DNA of 64,000 bases from Microbotryum violaceum (Eukaryota): NCBI GenBank assembly GCA_001244265.2, contig CDLV01000006.1, forward strand, positions 2,294,001 to 2,358,000, given 5' to 3'. Shown here in pieces: positions 1 through 11,827 of the stretch. A program made the position numbers and the translations under genes. The notes beneath the pieces were generated by a model. The model searched no databases and was not told where the DNA came from. It saw nothing but the letters and a program-made list of their open reading frames with translations. Every line of letters starts with the position of its first letter. Within the stretch, counting starts at the first letter, position 1.

Positions 1-186
1 CAAGTATGAACGACGGGCTGCAAAGCAGCTCAGATTAATGAGCGCACACGCCGCCCACTTTCAGCCGCGGCTCGGCTCGGCTTGCTCGGGCATACGCCGC
101 GCGGCTCTGGCGCGACACTGCACCGCTTTTAACTTGATCCCATTCACTCGGCATCTTGTCAACCATCACCTGCTCGCTCCGCAGAT

Positions 187-1199
187 AGTACGCTCACAAC
201 GGATCGGGCTCACACGTACCTTTCCTCCGATCCTGACATCGTTTGCCACCCTTCGCAGTGCCTTCCGCCGAAACAGCCCCTGGCTACCTCTGGGTCCTCT
301 CGGAACCGGGACAGCAAGTGACCGAGCAAGAGTTTACGGGTTAGCCAGATCCGCAGCTGGGCTACCCTGCTATAGTCTAGATGTTCACCAGTGATGTGCT
401 TATACAGACTGGTATGACAATGAACATGTGCCTCTCCGAATGCAACAGTCAGTCACCCCACATCCTCTTTAGGGGCGCTCAGATTCTTTCGGAAGGCTGA
501 CCACAAATCAACTCCTGTCTCACGTTGGGTCCTGTCGCCTCTACGTGCTGTACCGCATCACCTCTTAAAACAACGTCATCAACGTCGGACCCCCAACAGC
601 ATCCCTGAATTCCTGACCGGCGCGCGTTACCAGGCGACCGACTCGCTCAAGCCCTCCTGGTCCGCAGCGTACGACATCAAGTCTGTCGCTCTCTTCTCTC
701 ACCCATCCTATACCCACCTCCGAGCGAACCGCTCCCCCCGCGAAGGCGCGCTCGTCGTCCGACTCGAGACGCTCGACCGAAGGACCTGTGAAACTCTCGA
801 CCAAACCAGTGCTCCCCCCAGTGCGAACCGAGCTCCTCAATACGTGTTGACGATCGCGGATAACGAAAAGGGGGAGTTGAAGGCTTTTGAAGGTGTCAAG
901 GGTTGGCGTAGGAGTCATCGGCACGAGGTTTGCGACTCGTTGAACATGTCCCATGGCAAGGGGGTTCAGAACGAGGCGCCTAAATTCGCCGTCATCCATG
1001 GTCAGTCGCATCAGATATGGGGGGAGTCCATAGGACGCCTTGACGCTGATCCTCTCTCTAATCCTGTAAACTGCTAGAATTTGACGACGAGTCCTACGTC
1101 AAGGCCGACGCGTTCAAGCAAGCGACCGAGGGGCGCAAGGAAGTCAGGAGGTGGAAATTGTACAAAGCCACGCCCAACACGGCCCCGGTCAAACAGTAG
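187..1199 (+). CDS. EthD-like dimeric alpha/beta-barrel hypothetical protein, 5 exons (187; 259-339; 408-447; 600-1000; 1078-1199)
   Basis: Manual splicing with GT-AG introns gives one frame: MPSAETAPGYLWVLSEPG...EFTDWYDNEHVPLRMQHIPEFLTGARYQA...WKLYKATPNTAPVKQ*. WYDNEHVP..PEF...RY resembles EthD-like fungal proteins. Not captured by the ORF track. Confidence 0.65.
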
Positions 1200-1282
1200 T
1201 TCGGAGATTTGACCTTTTCCAGGGTATAACTTATACGATTTAGTATTCGTTCTTATCTATTGCAACCCGTGGTGGCCTGTCA

Positions 1283-3062
1283 TCAACTCAACCAAACCGC
1301 ATGACTAGCCCCGGTCCCCTCATCCTTCTCTGCCCCTTCCTGTCCCCCCAATTGCACCCCACATAACTCCCTCATCTGCACCCCATCCCACTCCAGTACC
1401 CACACCCACCCATCCTGATCATCCGTCAACAAAACCCAGTCCCGATCCTCCTTGATCTTCCCACCCTGAACACCGACGTGGAAAGGGAATGCTTCGACGG
1501 CATTAGCTTTACCTCCACTCGTCGAGGTGACGAATCGATCAAGGGGTTCGAAGTCATCCTTCGAGGAACCCAAGGTTCCATCATCGTTCACGGCCCAGGT
1601 GGAAACGAAGCCTTTTGTGGCAGAAGTCTTTCCTCGTGTCGTAGCATAGAGGAAACGACCTGATTGGGAGAGACGTAAGGTATCACCGCGGTAGTCGAGC
1701 CGGGTCGATTCGAAAGAACTAGGGATGACCGAGAGGCGTTGTTCGTGCTTGAGTGTCTCGGAGAGGATGGTGTAGACGTCGACATAAGACGCTGTACGAA
1801 ATAGAGGCAAACTGTGTTCAGATCGGTATCCCTGCGTTCGGGCTCCTCGAGCTTACTATGTTCCGTGACCGCATAAAGTTTGTTCCCGTCGGGAGACGGG
1901 ATGACATGCCGCGGCCCGTCATGGCCATCACCAAACGAAGGCACCTCTGCGATCAGGGAAAAAGTTCCATCCTCGAGAACGGAGTACATGTAGATCGAGT
2001 TGTGTCCACTGCAATTCGGACCACCACAGATTCTCAGCTTTCGAACCGACTGGCAAAAGTGGGAAGGGGCTGCGACGAACAGGTGGGGCACGAAAGCTTG
2101 CTTCTTGGGAAAGTCGAGGTCGATTGAATGCGATCCGTATCGCTGAATGTCCCGAGAGAGTAAGAATTAGTTCCCTTATGCAGACTTTGTCCTGTCTCAA
2201 CGCAGTGGTCCACCACTCACCAGCGCCACCCTGGTCTTGTCTGTCGTCTCGAGTTCCTCCTCGGGCACATACAACAACTCCTGCAACTTCTTGCCGAACC
2301 CTCCTGTCTTGGCGTCGATATCATGAACTTCCCCTGTCGGTCCACCCGCGGAGTAGATGCGAGGTTGTATCGATGAGACCTGGATGTAGGACGAAGTGGC
2401 ACCTGCAGCGAAGTCGAAACGTCAAGGTTTTCCCGGGGGAGGACGATCCTCAGTCTATCGCACGGGAGCTATGAGACCGCTGAGAAAGATGTCATGAACG
2501 TACGAACCGGAACAGTATTGATGTGCTTGATTCCCTCAAGTCCACCTTGTAGCACTTCCCAACTCGACAGCGTCGGTGGCATGGCCCATGTCGTCGCGTA
2601 GGCTCGGCTACGATCCTGGCTCAGAGCGAGGAATTGGTGCGGTCCCTCGGCTCGGATCACTTGGGAGATGGAGAGTGATGGGGTGAGAGGGTTGAATGCT
2701 AGGAGATACTGTAGTGAGATGAGCAATGGGCTATGTGTGAGCTATCGGGAAGCTGGAGACGGGTTCCGACAGAGTCTCGGCGCACTGACGAGGAAGACGG
2801 TGTTGAAAGTCCCAGAGAGGATGTAGTGAACTATTGTGCATGCTTTTCATGAGCTCATGTTATGGAAGAAACGCGGTTTGCAATATGTGAACGACTCACC
2901 TCTTGTCGATAGGGGATGAAGCAGCGCGGTATTCGCAACCGAGTTCACCTGCTGGACGGAGAATAGAACGTAGACTGGATGCTTAGCACACCGAGACGAC
3001 AGCACTTCCATCCTGAGACTGGGTTGATGTGCTGGTCCGAGGCTTACGCAGGTTGACGCCAT
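1283..3062 (-). CDS. Lactonase / carboxy-cis,cis-muconate cycloisomerase-like 7-bladed beta-propeller, multi-exon
   Basis: Exon fragments VHYILSGTFNTVFL-YLLAFNP, GPHQFLALS..RAYATTW, HDGPRHVIPSPDGNKLYAVTEH, YRGDTLRLS, SGGKANAVE, GASHAVWLS* match the fungal lactonase/CMLE propeller family. Start codon uncertain. Confidence 0.8.
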
Positions 3063-3619
3063 GGCGATGACGTGCCGAATGAAGCTGTGTCAGTCGGTCG
3101 GCGACAGTGTCTTGATGAGGTCAAAGGGCAGCACAAGCACCGAGTTGGTGTGAAAGTCGTTCGACCTCGGCCGAGATATCGCTATTCGGGAGAACTCTCG
3201 CCGGTTGGTAGGTAGAGAGGTAGGTAGCTGGCACGGCCCAGGAAGATGCGCGTGGCCACTGACTGTAGCTCCTTCGGCTTGCAACACTTTCTCCGTCGCT
3301 GTCGACGCGGAGGCAATTATTCCCGCTCGGCCGCCGCGCGCGGCCCATCCCAGCAAGTCCCGTGACCGAGAGAGCACCACGAGCCGCGGCCCGCGCCCCG
3401 AAACGGCAGTGGCGGCGGTCTGGGTGGGCCTGGGTGGGCCGCGGCTCGACGGCGGGGCGTTCCATCGGCCGCGGGACAGCTCAGCGTCCGCCAATCGAAT
3501 TCAGCGCAGACCAAACCCACCTGAACCGACTTCTCGTCCGTGATCGCGCTCTCGCTTGCCTTCCTTCCCATCACTTTCTTGTTCATTGGTCCCGCCCCTC
3601 AAGAAAGTGACGCATCATC

Positions 3620-5292
3620 ATGAAGTTCTTCGCCTCCCTCTTGGTCTTGGGTGCCCTGTTCACTTCCGTACTTGGTGAGCAGTCGTTTTCGCTCGTCTCC
3701 GTTCCAATCTCTCGTCGTCCACCCCGTCCTGGTTACCCCACCCGGTTCCTCTTCTCCGCACCCAAGTCGATCCGCCGATCAATCGTCCAAAGATTCTCGT
3801 GTTGTTTCAGTCCTATTCCGCGTAGCATACTGACCGCGCCTGTGCTTCTTCTCCCGTCGCTCCTTTCTCCGCACCAGGCCATGCCGAGCCGACCGAGCAA
3901 GAAATCGCCGAGGCCAAGGCTCGCAAGGACAACTTTGCGTACATCTGCGCGCCCCAGATCAAGGCTTACCATGCCATGCGCAAGCGTTCTGTAGGTTACA
4001 ACAGCCTCTCCAAGTCGTTCCCCCGCCACTGCCGTCGACCGTTCATCGATTTGAGCCGGGCTTCAAGCGAGTGTGAGGCCGCGGCGAACGGTGCGGAGCG
4101 CTCAGCGCCCGGGGGCCGGCCAGTCGAAGCGGGGCCGGCCAGTCGGAGCGTCGATGCGAGCCGTCTCTCGGGCACACACTCCCTCGACACCGGGAATCAC
4201 TCACCACAACACGTCGAATCAGATTGCTGACCACTTTCTGCTCGTTCTCCGATCTAACAGGCCCAGCAGCAGCAAGTTCTCGGCGGCGCCACCGATGCCG
4301 CGACCATGTTCCTCGAAGAGAACCTCCAAGCCGGTATGGACGGTCAGAAGTTGCTCGGCTGCACCGAGATCGACGACGATACCACGATCCGAAACCACAC
4401 TTGCGTTTGTGAGCCAGGGCAACACCGTGCATCTTTCACAGCTCGCGCGCTGAGCTAGTCCACCCTCTTCTCTCTTATCTAGTGGCCAACGAGGTGACCC
4501 AGGGCCCTTACTATCACATTGCTGGTCATCCCATTCGCCAAAACATGGCCGAGGACCAACTTGGTCTTCCCTTCGTAAGTTTCTTTGGAGCGCTCGTCCA
4601 ACTCGGCGAGCCGCGGCTGACCCTCAGATTGTGTCTTCACTTCCCACCAGTACATCGACATCGGTATTCTCGACGTCAACACATGCGAACCTGTGTCTAA
4701 CGTGCTTGTTGATATCTGGCACGCCAACACGACCGGTCACTACGCCGGCCACCCCGACCCCGACCCGGATCTCATCTGGGAAGGACCCGCGCCTTACGGA
4801 GAGAGGAAGGGTCTGTTGACCAAGTTCCCGCGATGGAACCAGCACGAAACGTGGCTCCGTGCCGCATGGCCCACCAACAAGTTTGGTGTCTCGCAATTTA
4901 CGTCCATCTTCCCCGGCTACTACACGGGCCGAGCGACGCACATCCACATCAAGGTCCACACGACATGGGAACCGCTTGCGAACGGCACGTTCCTCACCTC
5001 GCGCTTGATCCACACCGGCCAGCTTTTCGTCGAGGACAACCTCAACGGCATCATCGACAAAATCCATCCTTACACTGAGAACCCGATCCGCAACAAGTGG
5101 GGCCGCACGCGCAACTGGGACGACTCGCTCAAGATCTTCCAATCGCAACCCGGTTCCATGTTTGACATCCAGAAGGTCGGCGGTGTCCTGCAGCAAGGTC
5201 TCCGAGGTCACATCACCGTCGGTGTGGACCCCAAGTTCGACTTTGACCGAGGATCAGCCAACCAGGTTCCTTACACGACCCACAAGGAGTAA
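3620..5292 (+). CDS. Secreted intradiol ring-cleavage dioxygenase-like protein, multi-exon
   Basis: Signal-peptide-like MKFFASLLVLGALFTSVLG. Motifs EVTQGPYY, VDIWHANTTGHY, FTSIFPGYYTGRATHIHIKVH, HTGQLF are typical of intradiol dioxygenase-like proteins with Tyr/Tyr/His/His iron ligands. Confidence 0.85.
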
Positions 5293-5399
5293 CAGGAGCC
5301 GTAGCAATCCACCGAAAAGGAACTCGATCCCATCTCCTCTCGTCAAGGCTGAAGCGCTCGGCCTTTACTCTAACTAGTTACTCCATTACTCTCTCCATT

Positions 5400-6082
5400 A
5401 CTTTAACTAGTCGAAAAAAAAGTGTGATTCAAGGAATGTACCTAAAATCGCTGTTTTTAACTAGATTGCGGCGCGGAGGGCCACCTGTGGTGGATGTACC
5501 AGCACACTGTTGTGTCTGGCGCACCTGCCTGTGGCGTCCATGTTCTGATCAGAAATCATGTACAAGCTCTGTGGCAACTTTTCTATGTTTCGCGCCAGTC
5601 GAACGAAGCTATAGCGTTCTCACTATTTTCCGTAGTTTTTCATTGACGTAGAACAATGTGAACACTTATATTGTATTTAATGGCTGGCAAGCGCGTGCAT
5701 TTGTATGATTTTGCTTCTACAGCAGAGCTCCGCCTGACGGGCGGGGCGCTGGCGCGCTGGCTGGCATCTGTCACTTGATGCGGCGTGCCGCGGTGTCAGT
5801 GTCATTCCGGCAGTCGACCAGCGGCTTTATGGGGGCTGAATAACAAATCACAGCCCGTGAACAACGCGCCACTCCCTCTAAGTTTTTCTTTTCCTCTCCC
5901 ACTCTCATCGGATTTTGTGACACTCATTCAAGGAGAAACCCTCGCCACTATGCCCGGGTCCTAAGGTCGCCAGGGAGGGCCAAGTCCTAAGTGAAAAATA
6001 GTTCCTCTGCTGTCTTTCGTCATTATACCGTTCGAGTCTCCTGCTATGGAATCGCCCCGTTAATTTAACGGGATCCCACTGG
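5400..6082 (+). mobile_element. Non-autonomous Helitron (internal-deletion derivative)
   Basis: 5431-5990 is similar to the 5' region of the Helitron at 22587-23145. 6004-6082 is similar to 25075-25160. The 3' end has hairpin CCCGTTAATTTAACGGG (6056-6072), then CTGG followed by T. The 5' boundary is approximate. Confidence 0.8.
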
Positions 6083-6315
6083 TCTCACATTCTTCTCTCT
6101 GGACTCCTCGGGCTTGTTCTTATGTATGCAACAGCTTCCCACGTCTGTGGCGGATTCCTCTCCTAATTGTTTTTACAATGCGCATACGGAAACGGGAACG
6201 CATACCATGAAATTTATGGTCGGTTGGGAACGAGAGATAGCAGCGCCATCTGCAGAGTGCATGCCGGAAGCAATTGGCCGGCCTCTGGAAAATGGAGAAA
6301 TGGAGAAATGACCGC

Positions 6316-8036
6316 ATGGTCGCGTGCGCACGGGCCCGGTCCAGCCCGGTCCCGATCGAGCCGGACAAGACCGGTCACGCGATCGACGCTCTCCAAGTCT
6401 TTCCCGGGCCATCCATCTGCGCTGACTCTTCACCTGTCCTACGCACCAGCACCACCATCATGGACGAAGGATCGTCTTCGCTACCCCAAGTCAATCACCC
6501 TCATTCGTGCCGTTGCCTTGTCCGCAAGCTGTCTCCCATCGGGACTCGGTCCAACTTGGGACGATCAAGCGATCCTGCCCCCGCCCCCGCCCCCGGTGTC
6601 GCTGATAACGAGTCCTCGACGACGGCATCCTCGTCTTCGCACGTCGACTCGAGCGCATGGCATCGTTCCAACGATCATCCTCGATCCTACAACGACCCCA
6701 CACGTGTGGAGAGCCTCGTCGCTCCTAGCCTGTCGCGCTCTTCGACATGGGAATTGATCACGCCGGGAATGGATGACTCGACCGTCAAGCTCGAAGGGGA
6801 AGTCAACGCCAGCCACGAATCCGACTCCACGACTTCGACCACTTCGACGAGCCACGAGTTGACGCAGCTCATCCTGGAATTGGGGAATCAACTCGAGTCG
6901 TTGAACACGACCGAGCGTCCGTTGGTACAAGGTTCGCCTCGAAAGACAGCGACGGCGGCAACGACGAGCCCGGTGATTACGGGCAAAGCCGATCCGAGGT
7001 TCGAGAGGTGAGTTTAGCCCTTTGGCCTTCTCCATGGTCTTGTATTAGCAGGTCTTACGACTGATTCAAACATATGACGCAACGCAGTGCCATCTCGAAC
7101 CTTGCGCAATCGCTGATCCTGCACTACCACTCGAACGTGACGCCGGAACTGGTCTCACCGACGCACGCGCGCTCCCGACTCTACTTTGCGTTCGAGAATC
7201 TCGTCGAGTTGGGGTTGGAGATGGCTCAAATTGCACCTAGCTCGGAGCATTATGCGCAACAAGTCGTCGAGGACTTGTTTCCTTTGGATCGTTGTGCGGC
7301 GGCCGGCCAAGACTTGGAGTCGATTCGGCCACCCTGTTCGACTAGGCCGGGCACCGAACCGAGTCCATCGTCGATTCATGCCAGTGTAAGCTTGGCATCT
7401 CTCAGGGTTTTGCAACGAGAAGTCGAGAGCGTTCAGGAACAGGTCGAACGCTTGGCACAGGCGCATGGTCAATTGGCTGCCGAGGTCGTCGCTTCAGAAA
7501 AGGCGGCAACGACGAACCGACTTATTCTCGCTCGATTGAACCATCTCGACACCAACACCACGATGCACCAATCCACTCAAAACGGACCGGATCATTCGAC
7601 ACGACAAATCCTCGCACGAATGCAGGCCCAGATGGAGCACGAAGCTGCCGCTCGCGAGAAGCTGGCCACGACGAATCGCCTTATCCTCGCTCGATTAAAC
7701 CACCTTGAATCCAACACCGCTAGGCATGGGCGCGCTGGACCCGAGTCAGACCATTCGACGAGGCAAAGCCTTGCACGGATGCAAGCGCAAATGGAAAACG
7801 ACGCGGCAGCTCGGGAGAAGTTAGCCACGACGAACAGACTCATTCTTGCTCGACTGAATCACCTCGATACCAACACTTTGATTCGAGCCGAACCAGACGA
7901 GGGAATGAGATCAAGCCTTGCGCGAATTGAAGCTCGAATGGGCGACGAAGCTGCCGCTCGTGAATCACTAGCAGCGACGAATCGGTTGATACTCGCTCGA
8001 CTGAATCACCCCGGCACCGATGCAAGGCACGAATAG
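6316..8036 (+). CDS. Hypothetical protein with four C-terminal ~50-aa repeats (2 exons; intron ~7008-7087)
   Basis: ORFs 6274-7011 and 7074-8036 join in frame through a GTGAGT...CGCAG intron. No family recognised. Confidence 0.6.
7485..8015 (+). repeat. Coding tandem repeat, 4 units with core (T/A)TNRLILARLNH
   Basis: Cores start at 7509, 7668, 7827 and 7974 (periods 159, 159, 147 nt). Confidence 0.9.
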
Positions 8037-8623
8037 AACTGCTCGACTTGAGCTAGTCATGCCGCAGAGGCTTGATGACCATGACGCGAAGACGGATAAG
8101 GAGGCCTAGGGCGCTGGACGGTGCGGCGATGGACGAGCCAGGTCGATGTTGAGTGCGTTGGCTGAGATCGAGTATCGAGTTGGTCAAAATGGAAAGGGAA
8201 AAGGGACGGGTGACGTAAGCCGGAAAGAAGTGGTCGAGACTCTGGTGGATTCCTGGGATCTGTAAACTTAAGTGCATGAGACAATCCGGTGGAAATGAAT
8301 TGCATGAAAAGCTGCACAGCGAATATACTTTCGGATGAATTGTTCTCTGATAACCGTTCCGACGTTGCGAGTGGGGGTGGAATATTCCAGGTTCCACGGG
8401 CCAGGAAGTGGTTAAGTGCATGGCGGTAAGAAGGTCGAGAAAGGGAACGACGCCAGCAGCCGCCAGCAGCCTCCGGCGCGGCACGAAACGCGAGTCGGGG
8501 ACGGGTGGTGAACGTCTCCTGCCTTCTGGCTCGCATCGATCGCCGCCTTGCTCCCCCTTGCGCGACGGTCCATCGAGTTGCATCGTCACTGTTCGACGCA
8601 GACCTCGACAAGAACTGCAAAGA

Positions 8624-11323
8624 ATGGCAACGGCACAGTATTCCTGTGAGCACACTCTCGCTCAGCTCGCCTGAACGCCTTCCCTTCGCTCCACCGCCGA
8701 AGCAGCGCCGGCTGATTCGCTGTTAGCTTTCCCACCCCCTCCCTCAGTCCGTGCGCTCAAGTCGACCGGTCTCGTCACCGGCCCTCCCGACTATTCGGCC
8801 TTGAGCTCTTATCAAAGGTGAAGAACAGGTCCCTCCTGCCCTCGGAACGGCGTTCGATGGCCGCCATCGGATCATTTTGCATCGCCGCACGACCGGAAGG
8901 CGAAACCGCGACGCTGCACGCCATCCAACCCGCTTCAGATCTTCAGAGGCGAGCGCTAGTCCGAGTTCTATCGAACCAGATGCACGAAAATAAGCTGCAG
9001 TTGGACACTCTGATCAGCTCAGCTGCGGGAACGGACCGTCGCATTTGCACGCGGCAATCCGTCTCGCTCCGTACTTCATTCATCTCAGCCCTCCCGCAAC
9101 CTACCAACTTGTCCAACTTTGGAAGGGGGTGGGGAATAGTTTGTCAAGTCGTCGAACTGACCCTCAACCTTTGGTTATCATCCCAGGCCCGAGGAGACGG
9201 TCAAGGCGCAGCGGTATTCGAGCGACGGCCGACTATTCGCATACTGCACAGCGACAGGGTACGTAATGCAGAGCGCGCATCTCACAGACGATCCGCTCTT
9301 GACTAAATGTTTTTTTGACCTTTGAATTTCCGCCCGTAGTGTGCAAGTCCTCGACGCCGAGACAGCTGCGAATGTCGCCTCCATCCCCGTACGGGGCGCG
9401 ATTGACATTGCATTTTCGCCCAAGGGGACGCAGATCTCCACCTGGGAACGACATGGTCAGTGGAAGAGGCCCTTTTATGGTTCATTCCGCATGGAGCTAA
9501 AGAAAGAAGATCGGTTGGAATTGCTCTTGTCGCAGTCAAATCCGCTGATGGTGAGCCGCCGCACCACAACCTGCGAATTTGGGATGTGGCGACCGCAACC
9601 GAGGTGGCTTCCTTCTCTCAAAAGGCCATGGATCGATGGTGAGCAAAGGTCCGAGAGTTCGCTCTCACAGCTGGGACTAACTTACATGGAAATTGCCTGT
9701 TAGGCAACTGCAATACACCGAAGACGAGGCCAAGGCCGTGCGCATCGTCACGAACGAGGTCCACGTCTTTAACGCTGCCGACTTTGCATCTGGGATCGCC
9801 GAGAAGCTGCGTGCCGAGGGCGTCACAGGTTGCACCCTTTCGACCGGCGCCAATCCGGCCGTTGCTCTCTTTTTTGCCGAAAAGAAGGGCGCGCCCGCAT
9901 CGGTCAAGATCCACTCGCTCGAGGCTCTGCAGACGCAGACTTGTATCAAGACGTTCTACAAGGCCGACAAGATCACAATGAAGTGGAACCGATCCGGGTC
10001 CAGTTTGCTCTTCCTCACCCAGACCGACGTCGACAAGACGGGCAAGTCGTACTACGGCGAGACGAACCTCTACATGATGTCTTCGGCTGGCAACTTTGAC
10101 TGCCGTGTCACGCTCGACAAAGAGGGTGGTATCCATGACTTTACTTGGTCGCCGAATGACCGCGAATTCGCTGTCACGTATGGATGTGAGAAGATGCAGA
10201 TTTCGGCCCCTGCTCTCGATACCCAGGACTAAGCTGACACCGGCTCTTCCGAACCCCGAACAGACATGCCGGCCAAGACCGTCATCTTTGATCAGCGCGT
10301 CAATGTCATCAACGACTTTGGTCTCAACCCTCGCAACTTTTTGGCTTACAACCCGCAAGGCCGCTTGCTCTGCATTGCTGGTTTCGGCAACTTGGCTGGT
10401 CAGGTCGACGTCTGGGACCGCAAGACGCTCAAAAAGGTGTGCACGTTCGAGGCGCCGAATACAGTGCACTGCGAGTGGAGCCCCGACGGTCGTTACCTCA
10501 TGTGCGCGACGCTCAGTCCTCGGTTGCGAGTCGACAACGGTGTAAGATTTTACCACTGCACCGGTAGTCTCATGCATATCGAAGCAATCGAAGAACTGTA
10601 CTCGGTCTCATGGCGACCCGCACCTGTGAATCTATTCCCCTTCGGTGGACCGATTGACGCCGCCCCCTCTGCCTCAATCTCGGTGGCGAACGCTACACCC
10701 AGCAAACCCGCCGCCGCAACGGGAGGAGCTTACCGACCACCTCACGCGCGTGGTACCCTTACACCGACGGTGTACAAGCGCGAAGACGAAGGAGGAGCCG
10801 CATACGATGGTACGACCGCTTTCCCCTCGTCTGCGAATGGGCGAACGTCGCCGACGTTCGGTGCTCGTCGAAGGGCGGTCCCGGGTGCGGCCGCGCCGAG
10901 CGGTGAACCCGGCACGACCCAGGATCCGAGTCGTCGGAAAAAGAAGGGCAACAACAACAATGGCAAGAACTCGGCGAACGGGTCCGGTGCCGCTACGCCT
11001 TCCACCGGTGCGGCTGCCACACCCGCGGTACCCGTGCCCCAAGCCGCTGCCGAGGTTCTGGCGGGGGAATTGTCTCCGATCGATAAAAAGCGTCGGGCTT
11101 TGCAGAAGAAGTTGACTGCGATCGAGGGGCTCAAGGAGAAGAAAGCCGCGGGCGAGAAGCTCGAGTTGACGCAGCACAAGAAGCTGGACAGGTGCGTTCT
11201 CTCTCAAACTTCTCGAAGAGATGTTCAGAACCGCAAGCTAAATTAATGAGGGGGATGTGGTTGATCTTTCCCAGCGAGGCCGACATTCGCAAAGAGCTGG
11301 CCGCTCTGGAGCTTGAAAAGTAG
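8624..11323 (+). CDS. EIF2A: Eukaryotic translation initiation factor 2A, multi-exon
   Basis: Motifs FSPKGTQISTWER, KTFYKADKITMKWN, TDVDKTGKSYYGETNLY, IAGFGNLAGQVDVWD, WSPDGRYLMCATLSPRLRVDNG, AYRPPHARG, GEKLELTQ. First exon MATAQYS at 8624. Confidence 0.93.
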
Positions 11324-11827
11324 AAGATGAACATTGAAGAGAAGGAACGAAGACGTGTCATGCCATTTATACGATGATCTTGTCTAGCCCCTCGTGAGAT
11401 CGCATACGGAGAAGGACGCCGCAGCTGGAAGGTGATGTAAAGCGTGAGTAGTAACACCAAGCGTGACTAAGTCCTTATGCTCCCCTAAATGAACTCAAAG
11501 GGGTGAATAACGGGCGAGCAATCAACGGGCGATGAACGTTGATCGCCCGTTTGAAACGCCCGCCATGAAGGGTGAACGACGGAGTTTGGCGAACGGTGCA
11601 AGTGGATCGGAAGATCCAAACGAAAGTCTCACCTCAGGCGCGTGCCATCGCGCCAGTCGGGCCTTTCCCAAATTAGTCAACGTGGGCGCTTGCTCGGTTC
11701 GCTTTCTTGCCCTCTTCCCCCTCTTGCAAGCTCTCGCACCCGGTCTCGGAGTCGACATCCGCGCTCTTTTTGCACTCCGACCTCCATTGCACCCGATTCT
11801 CAACTCTGAACCTCGAGTCGTCCCACG

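Noticed and set aside
8053-8655. Two overlapping ~200-aa minus-strand ORFs
   Set aside because: They have no recognisable motifs and overlap the eIF2A promoter and first exon, so they are likely GC-rich chance ORFs.
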